The position numbers were made by a program, and so were the translations under genes. Below the pieces are notes generated by a model. The model was not told where the DNA came from. It did no database searches and saw only the letters and a program-made list of their open reading frames with translations. 64,000 nucleotides of DNA from Calditrichota bacterium (GTDB lineage: Bacteria > CLD3), in contig QQUF01000045.1 of NCBI GenBank assembly GCA_008501735.1, positions 165,957 to 229,956 of the forward strand, read 5' to 3'. This document shows positions 31,301 through 38,965 of the stretch, piece by piece. Positions within the stretch are counted from its first letter, which is position 1; every line of letters begins with the position of its first letter.

Positions 31301-31374
31301 TAAGAAGTTTCTAATAATTCTTTATCAAAATTTTTAAGATATTTTTGGATTACAGATTTTTGGAAAATCCCCAT
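28321..31374 (-). CDS. Single-polypeptide type IIG restriction-modification enzyme (N-terminal PD-ExK-like nuclease + gamma-class N6-adenine methyltransferase + target-recognition domain)
   Basis: N-terminus FLRDIFVDVFGY...ADGAIL...AVAIIELKSTKTKDL is arranged like the MmeI/Eco57I-type nuclease head. Methyltransferase motif I IIDPACGSGAFL, motif IV VIGNPPYV. 1017 aa. Visibly more AT-rich than its neighbours. Confidence 0.8.
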   Translation of the reverse strand: MGIFQKSVIQKYLKNFDKELLETSYQKFKENYNSKKIEQIQSLKEEEYQDGFLRDIFVDVFGYILRPDENFSLQREFKNQTDGKKADGAILKDEKAVAIIELKSTKTKDLFKVTQQAFNYKNNQPECKYVITSNFRKLRFYIDFANEFEEFDLFFLGRENFELLFLILCKESIFSDLPLKLKEETKFHEQNVSDKLYKDYSSFKSKLFENLTKNHPDKNKLTLFQKSQKLLDRFLFILFAEDSGLLPPNSVSRIQKRFTLLEEEDAYKPIYEIYKQYFGYMNIGRKGKTAVDDIPAYNGGLFYPDELLDSLKIDDEILIDDLRKLSEYDFNTEVDVNILGHIFEHSLNEIEEITSEIEKNEKSQTRSKRKKDGVFYTPKYITQYIVENTIGTLCFEKRKELEIEEIEFDGTFRTKKSGLSAKGKVLFQKLNNYKGWLGKLKIIDPACGSGAFLNQALIFLINEHKVIDDIIVELTNSPLRLFDVDKTILENNLYGVDINEESVEIAKLSLWLRTAQKDRKLSNLNDNIKCGNSLIDDPEIAGENAFDWNTEFKEIMENGGFDVVIGNPPYVDIKSLEKEMVKGLFTVYKTTENRINLYSIFIEKAYELVRFNGFVAFINPNSILVNSSYKKIRELLIDSMTRIIKLPDEVFVDAKVETIIFEFRKGKKSENVGVIVYPKSEKINFVDNSRIKFIDKSVWKKDKNLNFSIFLSPNDVNLLKKIEQISSKKLGEITEFSLGITPYDKYQGHSETIIKTRAFHSKVKLDNFYKPLISGDNIIRFNVSNRASEFIKYGKWLGAMRDEKFFTQPRIIVRQIVSGKSPRIYAGFTDEDLYFTQIGFAIITAEVGKLKYLLTILNSKLITYYHKYKFLDIEKNLFQKILIANCKQLPIVIVQKSLQQPFIEKADKMLELNKGLHEKKTRFLNRVKGNLEIEKISKKLDNFYDSEFKTFVSELKKQKIKLSLVQQDEWEEYFNSYKIEINKIQSEINQTDKEIDQIVYELYELTEEEIKIVEDSI

Positions 31375-31420
31375 TTCACTAACCTATTTTCGATATTTTT
31401 CTACACAAATAAAACAATGA

Positions 31421-31511
31421 TTCGGACATTTCTAATTTTTACGAAAATTTTGTTGTAGAGACGCAATGCATTGCGTCTCTACGTAGTTTATTTTTTTGGA
31501 AAATGTCCGAA
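31421..31511. repeat. Nested inverted repeat with a central 28-bp perfect palindrome
   Basis: Outer arms TTCGGACATTT (31421..31431) and AAATGTCCGAA (31501..31511). Inner palindrome GTAGAGACGCAATG|CATTGCGTCTCTAC (31455..31482). Lies 47 nt upstream of the restriction-modification start codon. Confidence 0.75.
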
Positions 31512-31520
31512 CTATTTATT

Positions 31521-31558
31521 TTAAAAAGACCTTTACAAGTATTTAATTTGTAAAGGTC
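31521..31558 (-). terminator. Rho-independent terminator of the substrate-binding-protein gene
   Basis: Stem GACCTTTACAA/TTGTAAAGGTC (31528..31558) with a 9-nt loop, followed on the minus strand by TTTTTAA. Confidence 0.7.
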
Positions 31559-31567
31559 TCGAAAAAT

Positions 31568-33193
31568 CTATTTTTTAGCCAAAGGTTTATCTGCACCTTT
31601 GAGTCGGAAGTAACGAATTGGCGTTACAAAATCGCCTTGTGGAGAAAGAATTACATTTTCCCATTTCGGATTAATGAGTGCAATTTCTCGGTAGTAATAA
31701 AGAAAAAGCCAAACGGCATCGTCTTCAACAGCGATTCTTTCAGCTTCTTGGTAAACCTTGATTCTTTCGTCCAAGTCTGTCAAATGTCTTCCAAGTTCGA
31801 CCAAACTGTCAAACTTTGCACTTGTGTAACGAGCATAATTTCCAGGAGCCCCAATTTGACTTGTGTGAAGAAGTGTGTAAAGGAAATTGTCTGGGTCAAC
31901 GTAGTCAACCAACCAACCCATTCTGTACATTTCAGGCTCTCCACTATCAAGAGCTTTCAAATAAGCTGCCCAATCAAGATTTTTGATTTCGAGATTTACA
32001 CCAATTTTTTTCAATTCCTGTTGAACGTACTGAACAATTCTTTGATGTCTGTCGTGAGTGTTGTACCAAATTTTTATTGTTGGTAAACCTTTACCTTCAG
32101 GATAACCTGCTTCTGCCATTAATTGTTTTGCTTTTTCAAGGTCATATTTGTAAGGGCTAAAATTCGGATTATGTCCCGGAATTCCAGGGCTCAAAATTCC
32201 TGATGCAGGAATTGCCAAACCTTCTTCGATAATGTTTGCAATTTTTTGCCTGTCAATTGCGTAATTAATCGCTTTACGAAGTTTCACATTGTCTTTAAAA
32301 GGTGGTTTCTCGTGATTAAATCCAATGTAATAAGTTCCGATTTGTGACCATTCTTTTACGTCATCAGGACTATTATCTCTGATGTTTTGAATTTGTCCAG
32401 GAGGCAATTCGTCAAGGAAATCAATTTCACCGTTTTTGTAAGCTTCAAGTGCAGTTGGAATCGAAGGAATGACCATAAACTTAACCTTATCAATAGTTTC
32501 AGACTTGTCTCCATAATAATCGTCGAATGCTTCAACTGTTACAGAAATATCAGATTGCCATTCCACAAATTTGAAAGGTCCACAGCCTATCGGATTCCTT
32601 GCGAATTGGTCGCTTCCAAACTCATCAACAGCTTCTTTTGGAACAACACTTGCAGATTCCATACAAAGCATTGAAAGAAAAGGAGCAAAAGATTTTTCTA
32701 AAGTTAATCTTAAAGTATAATCGTCAATGACTTCAATACCTTTTACTTCACCAGCTTTTCCGTCAGTAAATTCAGTAGCTCCAAGGATTGGACTTAAAAC
32801 CCATTGTCTTTCAGAAACAGTTTCTGGGTCTAAAGTTCTTTCAAAAGAATATTTAAAATCTTCTGCTTTAACCTCTCTTCCGTTATGAAATTTTACACCT
32901 TTACGAATTTTGAAAGTAAAAACTCTTGAGTCTTCGATTTCCCAAGATTCTGCAACGGCTGGAATCACTTCCATTGTTTTCGGTTCGAATTGCACCAAAC
33001 CGTCAAACATTCTTAAAAGTATGTTACCCGAAGTTGTGTCAGTTCCGTGAGCAGGGTCAAGACTTGGTGGGTCAGAATGGATTCTATATTTGAAAACTAT
33101 TTCGTCAGTTGTCTTTGCACCGCCTCCACAAGACTGCAAAATTAATGAACTAACTAAAAGCGTCGCTAATCCTTGTTTTAATCGAGGTAACAT
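31568..33193 (-). CDS. ABC transporter substrate-binding lipoprotein, family 5 (OppA/DppA-like)
   Basis: Lipobox LQSC. The length and motif pattern of SBP family 5 (FHNGREVKAEDFKYSFER, GPFKFVEW). Confidence 0.85.
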   Translation of the reverse strand: MLPRLKQGLATLLVSSLILQSCGGGAKTTDEIVFKYRIHSDPPSLDPAHGTDTTSGNILLRMFDGLVQFEPKTMEVIPAVAESWEIEDSRVFTFKIRKGVKFHNGREVKAEDFKYSFERTLDPETVSERQWVLSPILGATEFTDGKAGEVKGIEVIDDYTLRLTLEKSFAPFLSMLCMESASVVPKEAVDEFGSDQFARNPIGCGPFKFVEWQSDISVTVEAFDDYYGDKSETIDKVKFMVIPSIPTALEAYKNGEIDFLDELPPGQIQNIRDNSPDDVKEWSQIGTYYIGFNHEKPPFKDNVKLRKAINYAIDRQKIANIIEEGLAIPASGILSPGIPGHNPNFSPYKYDLEKAKQLMAEAGYPEGKGLPTIKIWYNTHDRHQRIVQYVQQELKKIGVNLEIKNLDWAAYLKALDSGEPEMYRMGWLVDYVDPDNFLYTLLHTSQIGAPGNYARYTSAKFDSLVELGRHLTDLDERIKVYQEAERIAVEDDAVWLFLYYYREIALINPKWENVILSPQGDFVTPIRYFRLKGADKPLAKK

Positions 33194-33316
33194 ATTTTCT
33201 CCGTGTTGAGTTAAAGTTAAAATCCCAAAAGAAGTTAGTTACAGAACTCTATAAAATTCAAATATTTTTTGAGAAAGTTTTTTAAATTGAATGAGGGAAA
33301 TTTGCTACTCTAATAA

Positions 33317-34156
33317 TTAAAGTAACAAATCAATTAGGCTGCTAATTTCACTCTTAAGTTCTTTTCTATGGATAATTCTGTCGACAAAACCGTGTTCGAG
33401 TAAAAATTCCGAGGTTTGGAATCCATCAGGAAGGTCTTTTCCGATTGTTTGTTTGATAACTCTCGGACCAGCAAAACCGATGAGTGCTTTTGGTTCAGCG
33501 AGAATTACATCACCAAGCATTGCAAAACTTGCTGAGACTCCACCTGTTGTTGGGTTTGTTAGAACTGTAATATAAAGTCCGCCTTGTTGTGAAAATCTTG
33601 CGAGTTTCGCACTTGTCTTTGCCATTTGCATCAAAGACAAAGCTCCTTCGTGCATTCTCGCTCCACCTGAAGCACAAACTATTACTAAAGGCATTTTTTT
33701 ATCTGTTGCAACTTGAATCGCTCTTGAGATTTTTTCTCCAACGACTGAGCCCATACTTGCTGCCATAAAACTAAAATCCATCACAACAAGAACTGAATCA
33801 ACACTGTTAATTTTGCCTGTAAGTGTTCTTACTGCTTCATTAACACCCTTTTTCTTAATTGTGCTTTCGAGTTTTTCTTTATAACTACCTTTTGCATCAA
33901 TAAAATTCAAAGGGTCAACGGATTTCATTTCTTGATTAAATTCTTCAGCTGAATCTTCGTCAAAACAAATACTAACATAACTATCAGAATCTGCTCTGAA
34001 ATGAAAATCACATTTATCACAAGTGAAACTATTTTCTTCAATATTTTTAGCAAAAAGGACTTCACTACAACCATCACATTTTTGCCACAAACCACCTGGC
34101 ATTTCAGCTTTATCTTTTGTAAAAATTCCTTGTTGAGCTCTTTTAAACCAACTCAT
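33317..34156 (-). CDS. accD: Acetyl-CoA carboxylase carboxyltransferase beta subunit
   Basis: N-terminal zinc ribbon CDGCSEVLF...CDKCDFH. Carboxyltransferase core GGARMHEG. Confidence 0.9.
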   Translation of the reverse strand: MSWFKRAQQGIFTKDKAEMPGGLWQKCDGCSEVLFAKNIEENSFTCDKCDFHFRADSDSYVSICFDEDSAEEFNQEMKSVDPLNFIDAKGSYKEKLESTIKKKGVNEAVRTLTGKINSVDSVLVVMDFSFMAASMGSVVGEKISRAIQVATDKKMPLVIVCASGGARMHEGALSLMQMAKTSAKLARFSQQGGLYITVLTNPTTGGVSASFAMLGDVILAEPKALIGFAGPRVIKQTIGKDLPDGFQTSEFLLEHGFVDRIIHRKELKSEISSLIDLLL

Positions 34157-34187
34157 TTTTTTGCCTTACTTATTTAATTGATTTTTA

Positions 34188-34247
34188 GGAGCACAGCCTT
34201 TAGACTGTTAGTTTTGGATAGAAGAAACAGTCTAAAAACTGTGCTCC
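34188..34247 (-). other. 60-nt two-segment hairpin between nupC and accD
   Basis: GGAGCACAG/CTGTGCTCC (9 bp) and AGACTGTT/AACAGTCT (8 bp), separated by a small internal loop. No U-tract on either strand. Confidence 0.6.
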
Positions 34248-34261
34248 CTTAAACTTAAAAT

Positions 34262-35521
34262 CTAAATCAAAACTCCAGCGATACTTGCAGTCATCCAAGA
34301 AGCAAAAGCCCCTCCAATCATTGCTTTTAAGCCGATTTTTGCTAAGTCTTTTTTACGTTCAGGGGCAATTCCACCAATTCCACCAATTTGAATTGCGATT
34401 GATGAAAAGTTTGCAAAACCGCAAAGTGCATAAGTTCCAATAATTTCGGTTCTTTCGCTGATAACTCCAGTGCTTCCAAGTTTACCAAGTTCTGCATAAG
34501 CTACAAATTCGTTTACTGCGACTTTTACTCCAAGCAAACCACCTAATTCGATACTTTCACTCCAAGGAGCACCAATCACAAATGCGAAAATTGAAAAAAC
34601 ATAACCGAAAATCTTAGTTAAACTTAAATCAGGAACTCCAATCCAACCACCAAGAATTTCTAACGGGTAATTAGCAAGTGCAATCAAAGCAATGAAAGCT
34701 AAAAGCATTGCACCTACATTTAAAGCAAGTTGTAAACCATCAGCAGCTCCGCTTGCAGCAGCATCAATTACATTAGTTGTACTCTTTTCAAAATGGAAAC
34801 CATCTCCGTCATCAGTAAATGAAGATTGTTCTGTTTCAGGAATCATAATTTTTGCCATAACAAGAGCTGCAGGAGCAGACATTAAACTTGCGGCAAGTAA
34901 ATGTTTTGTGAATTCAAGTTGTTTGATTGGGTCGTCTCCGCCAAGAAACAAAATGTAAGCAGCGAGAACTCCGCCGGCAATTGTTGCAAAACCACCAGTC
35001 ATTAACGCCATTAACTCAGAAGTTGTCATTTTCCCAACGTAAGGTTTGACAACTAAAGGAGCTTCTGTTTGACCAACAAAAGTATTTGCAGCAACAGCGA
35101 TACTTTCAGCACCGCTAATTTGCATTGTTCTTTTCATCACCCAAGCCATTCCTTTTACAATAAATTGCATAATGTTTAGATGATAGAGAACGGACATAAA
35201 AGCAGAGAAAAAGATAATCGTCGGAAGAACCATAAAAGCAAAAACGAAACCAATAGAATCGTTTCCACCAGCAAGACTTCCGAAGACAAAAGAAGAGCCT
35301 TCTGCGGTGAAATTTAGGAGTTTAGTTACACCGTAGGAAATCTGTTCAAAGAATGATTTTCCAAATTCAGTTTTCAGGACAATGATTGCGAAGAAAATCT
35401 GAAGTCCAATTCCTCCACCAACAGTTCTCCAATTCACAGATTTTCTGTCAGTTGAAATTGCATACGCAATACCAACAAAAACAAAAAGTCCAAGAATTCC
35501 TTGCAATTGTGCAAAATCCAT
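34262..35521 (-). CDS. nupC: Concentrative nucleoside transporter (NupC/NupG, CNT family)
   Basis: 419 aa with about 10 hydrophobic segments. C-terminal region GFANFSSIAIQIGG is typical of the CNT family. Confidence 0.85.
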   Translation of the reverse strand: MDFAQLQGILGLFVFVGIAYAISTDRKSVNWRTVGGGIGLQIFFAIIVLKTEFGKSFFEQISYGVTKLLNFTAEGSSFVFGSLAGGNDSIGFVFAFMVLPTIIFFSAFMSVLYHLNIMQFIVKGMAWVMKRTMQISGAESIAVAANTFVGQTEAPLVVKPYVGKMTTSELMALMTGGFATIAGGVLAAYILFLGGDDPIKQLEFTKHLLAASLMSAPAALVMAKIMIPETEQSSFTDDGDGFHFEKSTTNVIDAAASGAADGLQLALNVGAMLLAFIALIALANYPLEILGGWIGVPDLSLTKIFGYVFSIFAFVIGAPWSESIELGGLLGVKVAVNEFVAYAELGKLGSTGVISERTEIIGTYALCGFANFSSIAIQIGGIGGIAPERKKDLAKIGLKAMIGGAFASWMTASIAGVLI

Positions 35522-35536
35522 AAAAATTACCTCATT

Positions 35537-35782
35537 TTAGAATTCATCAATTTTGTGGCATAAAATAGCTACTGTAATGCCGTGTTGTGATTCTACTAAA
35601 TCAGCTAAGTCATTTGCTCTGTGTTGAATCTCTTCTATTAAATCAGAAGGAGCATAAACATCAATTAGCAAATCCTCTCCGTTTTCATTTTCAAAACTTG
35701 GTTCGATAATTATCTCTGGATATTCTTGCTTTAAAGTATCACAATAATCTTCGATAATGGAATCATAATCGAATGAGTCCAT
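35537..35782 (-). CDS. Hypothetical small acidic protein
   Basis: 81-aa ORF lying 15 nt upstream of nupC and 28 nt downstream of tdk on the same strand. About 30% D/E. No motif recognised. Confidence 0.4.
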   Translation of the reverse strand: MDSFDYDSIIEDYCDTLKQEYPEIIIEPSFENENGEDLLIDVYAPSDLIEEIQHRANDLADLVESQHGITVAILCHKIDEF

Positions 35783-35810
35783 AGAATCTCTGTTTCCTTT
35801 GGGTTAGGGT

Positions 35811-36365
35811 TTAAGGTTTGAAACATTTTCGGCAACGTGCTTCATAAATTTTATCTGTGCCAACTAGCACTCGTTCTTCTGAATCTATTAATCTTTGAGT
35901 AAAATTAGCAGGGTTTCCGCATTCCATACAAATCGCTAAAGTCTTTACAATGTATTCCGAGACAGCTAAAAGTTGTGGAATCGGTTCAAATGGAACGCCA
36001 AGGTAATCTTTGTCAAGACCTGCGACAATCACTCTCTTGCCGTCTTTTGCCAATTGATTACAGACATCAACAACTTCGGCTCCCAAAAACTGCACTTCGT
36101 CAATTCCAACAACTTCTGCATCTTGCGAAAGTTCTAAAACTTCTTGAGCTGAACTTACAGTAACGGACTCTAACTTCTGTTTGCTGTGAGAAACAACTTC
36201 ATTGTCTGAGTAACGATTGTCAATTTCAGGTTTGAAAATTACAACGTTTTGTTTTGCAATTTGAGCTCGTCTAATTCTTCGGATTAACTCTTCAGTTTTT
36301 CCGCTAAACATACAGCCACAAACTACTTCAATCCAACCGACACCTTGTGTTTGAATTACGTTCAC
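35811..36365 (-). CDS. tdk: Thymidine kinase
   Basis: P-loop [11 protein letters not shown] and C-terminal zinc site CMECG...CRKC. The GTG start overlaps the udk stop codon by 1 nt. Confidence 0.9.
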   Translation of the reverse strand: MNVIQTQGVGWIEVVCGCMFSGKTEELIRRIRRAQIAKQNVVIFKPEIDNRYSDNEVVSHSKQKLESVTVSSAQEVLELSQDAEVVGIDEVQFLGAEVVDVCNQLAKDGKRVIVAGLDKDYLGVPFEPIPQLLAVSEYIVKTLAICMECGNPANFTQRLIDSEERVLVGTDKIYEARCRKCFKP

Positions 36366-36994
36366 TAATTTTCCTCTGCTAAGAGTGATTTTATTTTTGT
36401 TTTTAACAAATCAATTGCCACAACATTTTTCCCTCCTTGAGGAATAATTATGTCTGCAAAAGTTTTTGTTGGTTCTACAAATTGTAAGTGCATTGGACGA
36501 ACTGTAGTTAAATATTGTTGAATCACAGAATCAACATTTCTACCACGCTCTGCAATGTCTCTTTCAAGTCGGCGAATAAAACGAATATCAGAGTCAGTGT
36601 CAACATAAACTTTTATATCCATCAAATTTCGAAATCTTGAAGCATAAAGTGCAAAAATGCCTTCGAGAATTATGATTTTATGACCTGAAATTTTTTTCGT
36701 TAGCATTTTTGAACGAGAATGAGTTTTAAAATCATAAACAGGAGCTTCAACATCTTCACCATTTACTAATTTCTGAATTTGTTCAAAAAGCAAATCAGAA
36801 TCAATCGAGTTTGGGTGGTCAAAATTCTTAGAATCTCTTGAATCCAATGGGATTTCTGAAAGGTCTTTGTAGTACCAATCTTGTTCAACGCAAACTACTT
36901 TTGAGCTTCCTATTGACCTAAAAAGATTTTTTGCGACTAAAGTTTTTCCAGAACCTGTTCCACCTGCGATTCCAATTAAAATACACTTTTTCAT
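36365..36994 (-). CDS. udk: Uridine kinase
   Basis: P-loop [12 protein letters not shown]. 209 aa. 4-nt overlap with cdd. Confidence 0.9.
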   Translation of the reverse strand: MKKCILIGIAGGTGSGKTLVAKNLFRSIGSSKVVCVEQDWYYKDLSEIPLDSRDSKNFDHPNSIDSDLLFEQIQKLVNGEDVEAPVYDFKTHSRSKMLTKKISGHKIIILEGIFALYASRFRNLMDIKVYVDTDSDIRFIRRLERDIAERGRNVDSVIQQYLTTVRPMHLQFVEPTKTFADIIIPQGGKNVVAIDLLKTKIKSLLAEEN

Positions 36995-37383
36995 TTTTGT
37001 AAATCCGAGTCTTTAAATCCAAAAGGTAGTAATTCAGCAATTGTAATTTCTTTAGTGTCATTTTCAAGATTTGACAAAATCACATCAAAATCCCCAAAGT
37101 CGTGTAAAAATTGTCTGCAAGCCCCACAAGGCGAACAAGGTTCTTTCGTGTCGGCGACAACAGCGATTTTTGCAAATTCAGTAAAACCTTCCGAAACTGC
37201 CTTTGTCAAAGCAACTCTTTCAGCACAAATTGTGAGTCCGTAAGAAGTGCATTCGACGTTACAGCCTGTGAAAACTTCACCACTTTTTGTCAGTAGTGCA
37301 GCTCCAACTTTGAATTTTGAGTAAGGAGCAAATGCTTTTTCTCTAACTTTTTTTGCTAAATTTAATAATTCTTCGTTTTTCAT
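36991..37383 (-). CDS. cdd: Cytidine deaminase
   Basis: Zinc motifs CAERVAL and PCGACRQ. 130 aa. Confidence 0.9.
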   Translation of the reverse strand: MKNEELLNLAKKVREKAFAPYSKFKVGAALLTKSGEVFTGCNVECTSYGLTICAERVALTKAVSEGFTEFAKIAVVADTKEPCSPCGACRQFLHDFGDFDVILSNLENDTKEITIAELLPFGFKDSDLQK

Positions 37384-37423
37384 TTTTTCACTTTAGGCGA
37401 TTTGAAAAATAAATTTCGCCTAA

Positions 37424-38539
37424 TTAATTGTAACGGTAACTGAATGTCAAGCTAATTTGATGATTTTTGTAATTCTTTACATCTGCAAGTTCTTCAGTTC
37501 TAACTGAATTAATTGATTCTGACTTTGATTTTCTTTTTCTAAAAAGGTAGTCAAAGCTCACATTTACGTCTTTGTTAATTCTTGCATCTAAACCAAATTT
37601 CCACCGATGAACTGTGTCAACTCTTCCTGCGTGAAGTGGGTCAACAAAAGCTGGAAAATCACTTTGGTAGTAAACTTTCTCTAACTCGTAACCTGCTGAA
37701 ACTTTTCTTAAGAAAGGAATTTGCCGTAATTGGTAGCTGACATCAAAATCAAAAGTATCTTTGTCGTAAGAAGCGTCTGAATCACTGTCTCCTTTGTCAT
37801 CACTTTTTGAAAATGAGTAATCAATTCCAAAATCGAATTTTGCAAATTCATAGCCTATTCCAATTCCAAACTCATCAATTTTAGTATCGTACTCTGTGAA
37901 GAACTCATTATAAAAATATTCTGTGAAAACATATTTTAATTTTGCATCAAAGTCATAAGGAAGTTTTGCTCTAATCTCCGCTGTATAAAATTGTTTAGCA
38001 AAAACAAATTCTTGGTAAGATTCTTCGGCTGTAAAACGAACTCCTGTTTCGGGATTAATTGCGGCACGAGTTTCGTTGTCCCAAACATCTCTAACATAAA
38101 ATTTTGGAATGTAATTGTAAGCCAAATTCAAGTTATATTTTTTGTCGAACTTATTGTAAAGTTTGACTTCATAACTTTGATAATTCTTCACTGAACTATT
38201 TTTAACAAAATTATTAAAAGTTCCTCTAAGCCTTAACTTTGCTTCATAAAATTTTGTAAAATCTTGAACTAAGTAAAGTTTAAATGTAGGACTTACAATT
38301 AAATCATCATAAGTGTCAATTCCGTAACGGTAAGCATTTTCGCCACTTTCAAAATCATCGATATTTTTTTGGGTATAAAGTGAGACATTGTCGTTGTAAG
38401 TTGTTTCAAAATCAAGAATTGCGTAGTAATCAAAAGAAGGTTTAAAAGCCTTTCTTTTTGATTTTGCAAAAACTGAAATTGAGCAAATTGTTAAAAGTAG
38501 TAGAAGTGAAAGGATTTGAGTTTTGTTAGTTTTTTTCAT
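37424..38539 (-). CDS. Hypothetical outer-membrane beta-barrel protein
   Basis: Signal peptide. Y/F-rich alternating hydrophobic pattern throughout. C-terminal strand ISLTFSYRYN. Lies 40 nt upstream of cdd on the same strand. Confidence 0.5.
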   Translation of the reverse strand: MKKTNKTQILSLLLLLTICSISVFAKSKRKAFKPSFDYYAILDFETTYNDNVSLYTQKNIDDFESGENAYRYGIDTYDDLIVSPTFKLYLVQDFTKFYEAKLRLRGTFNNFVKNSSVKNYQSYEVKLYNKFDKKYNLNLAYNYIPKFYVRDVWDNETRAAINPETGVRFTAEESYQEFVFAKQFYTAEIRAKLPYDFDAKLKYVFTEYFYNEFFTEYDTKIDEFGIGIGYEFAKFDFGIDYSFSKSDDKGDSDSDASYDKDTFDFDVSYQLRQIPFLRKVSAGYELEKVYYQSDFPAFVDPLHAGRVDTVHRWKFGLDARINKDVNVSFDYLFRKRKSKSESINSVRTEELADVKNYKNHQISLTFSYRYN

Positions 38540-38568
38540 TAATTTTCCTCGTTTAAAATTAGCGAAAT

Positions 38569-38964
38569 CTAAAATTCAACTTTTTCATAAATTTCTTTAA
38601 CTTGTATTTTTGATTCTATTGAATTTAGATTCAAAAATTCATCTAATTCTGAAAATTCTTCAAGAACCCACTGAGACTTTTCATTTTTTTGGATTTCTCC
38701 ACAAATAACACTCGTGTCAGGGTAAGTGTAAGAATCATTTTTATCAACGGCAATTCTTAAATTACTGCCAAAAACACGACAAGGTTTGTCTTTCAATACA
38801 TTTCTAAGCTCACTACTGACATTGTTTGAGATTAAACTATGGTTCATTGTACCACCAAACATTGCAAAAATCTCACCGTTAAAGAATTGAAATTTTTCAT
38901 CAGACTCTTCGCAAATTTGAAAGTACTCTTCCACTGAAATCGGTTTCTTAATTTCTGCTGACAT
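38569..38964 (-). CDS. Uma2-family (DUF820) nuclease homolog with internal deletion
   Basis: The N-terminal half matches Uma2 (VEEYFQI...FFNGEIFAMFGGTMNHSLISNNV...YTYPDTSVICGEIQ) and so does the C-terminal end (IQVKEIYEKVEF). The central ExK-containing segment is absent: 131 aa against about 185 aa. Confidence 0.55.
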   Translation of the reverse strand: MSAEIKKPISVEEYFQICEESDEKFQFFNGEIFAMFGGTMNHSLISNNVSSELRNVLKDKPCRVFGSNLRIAVDKNDSYTYPDTSVICGEIQKNEKSQWVLEEFSELDEFLNLNSIESKIQVKEIYEKVEF

Positions 38965-38965
38965 T

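Noticed and set aside
28321-31374. The large methyltransferase as the PglX component of a BREX system, or as part of a type I restriction-modification system
   Set aside because: No PglZ, BrxC/L, HsdS or HsdR genes are adjacent. The N-terminal D...ExK head fused to the methyltransferase and recognition domains fits a stand-alone type IIG enzyme.
31637-32086. 149-aa + strand ORF, and similar antisense ORFs (e.g. 236..463, 585..860, 20056..20436, 24892..25167, 47787..48119, 52080..52463, 53116..53391)
   Set aside because: All lie entirely inside longer, motif-supported genes on the opposite strand. Their low-complexity translations have no recognisable motifs. They are shadow ORFs, typical of AT-rich DNA.
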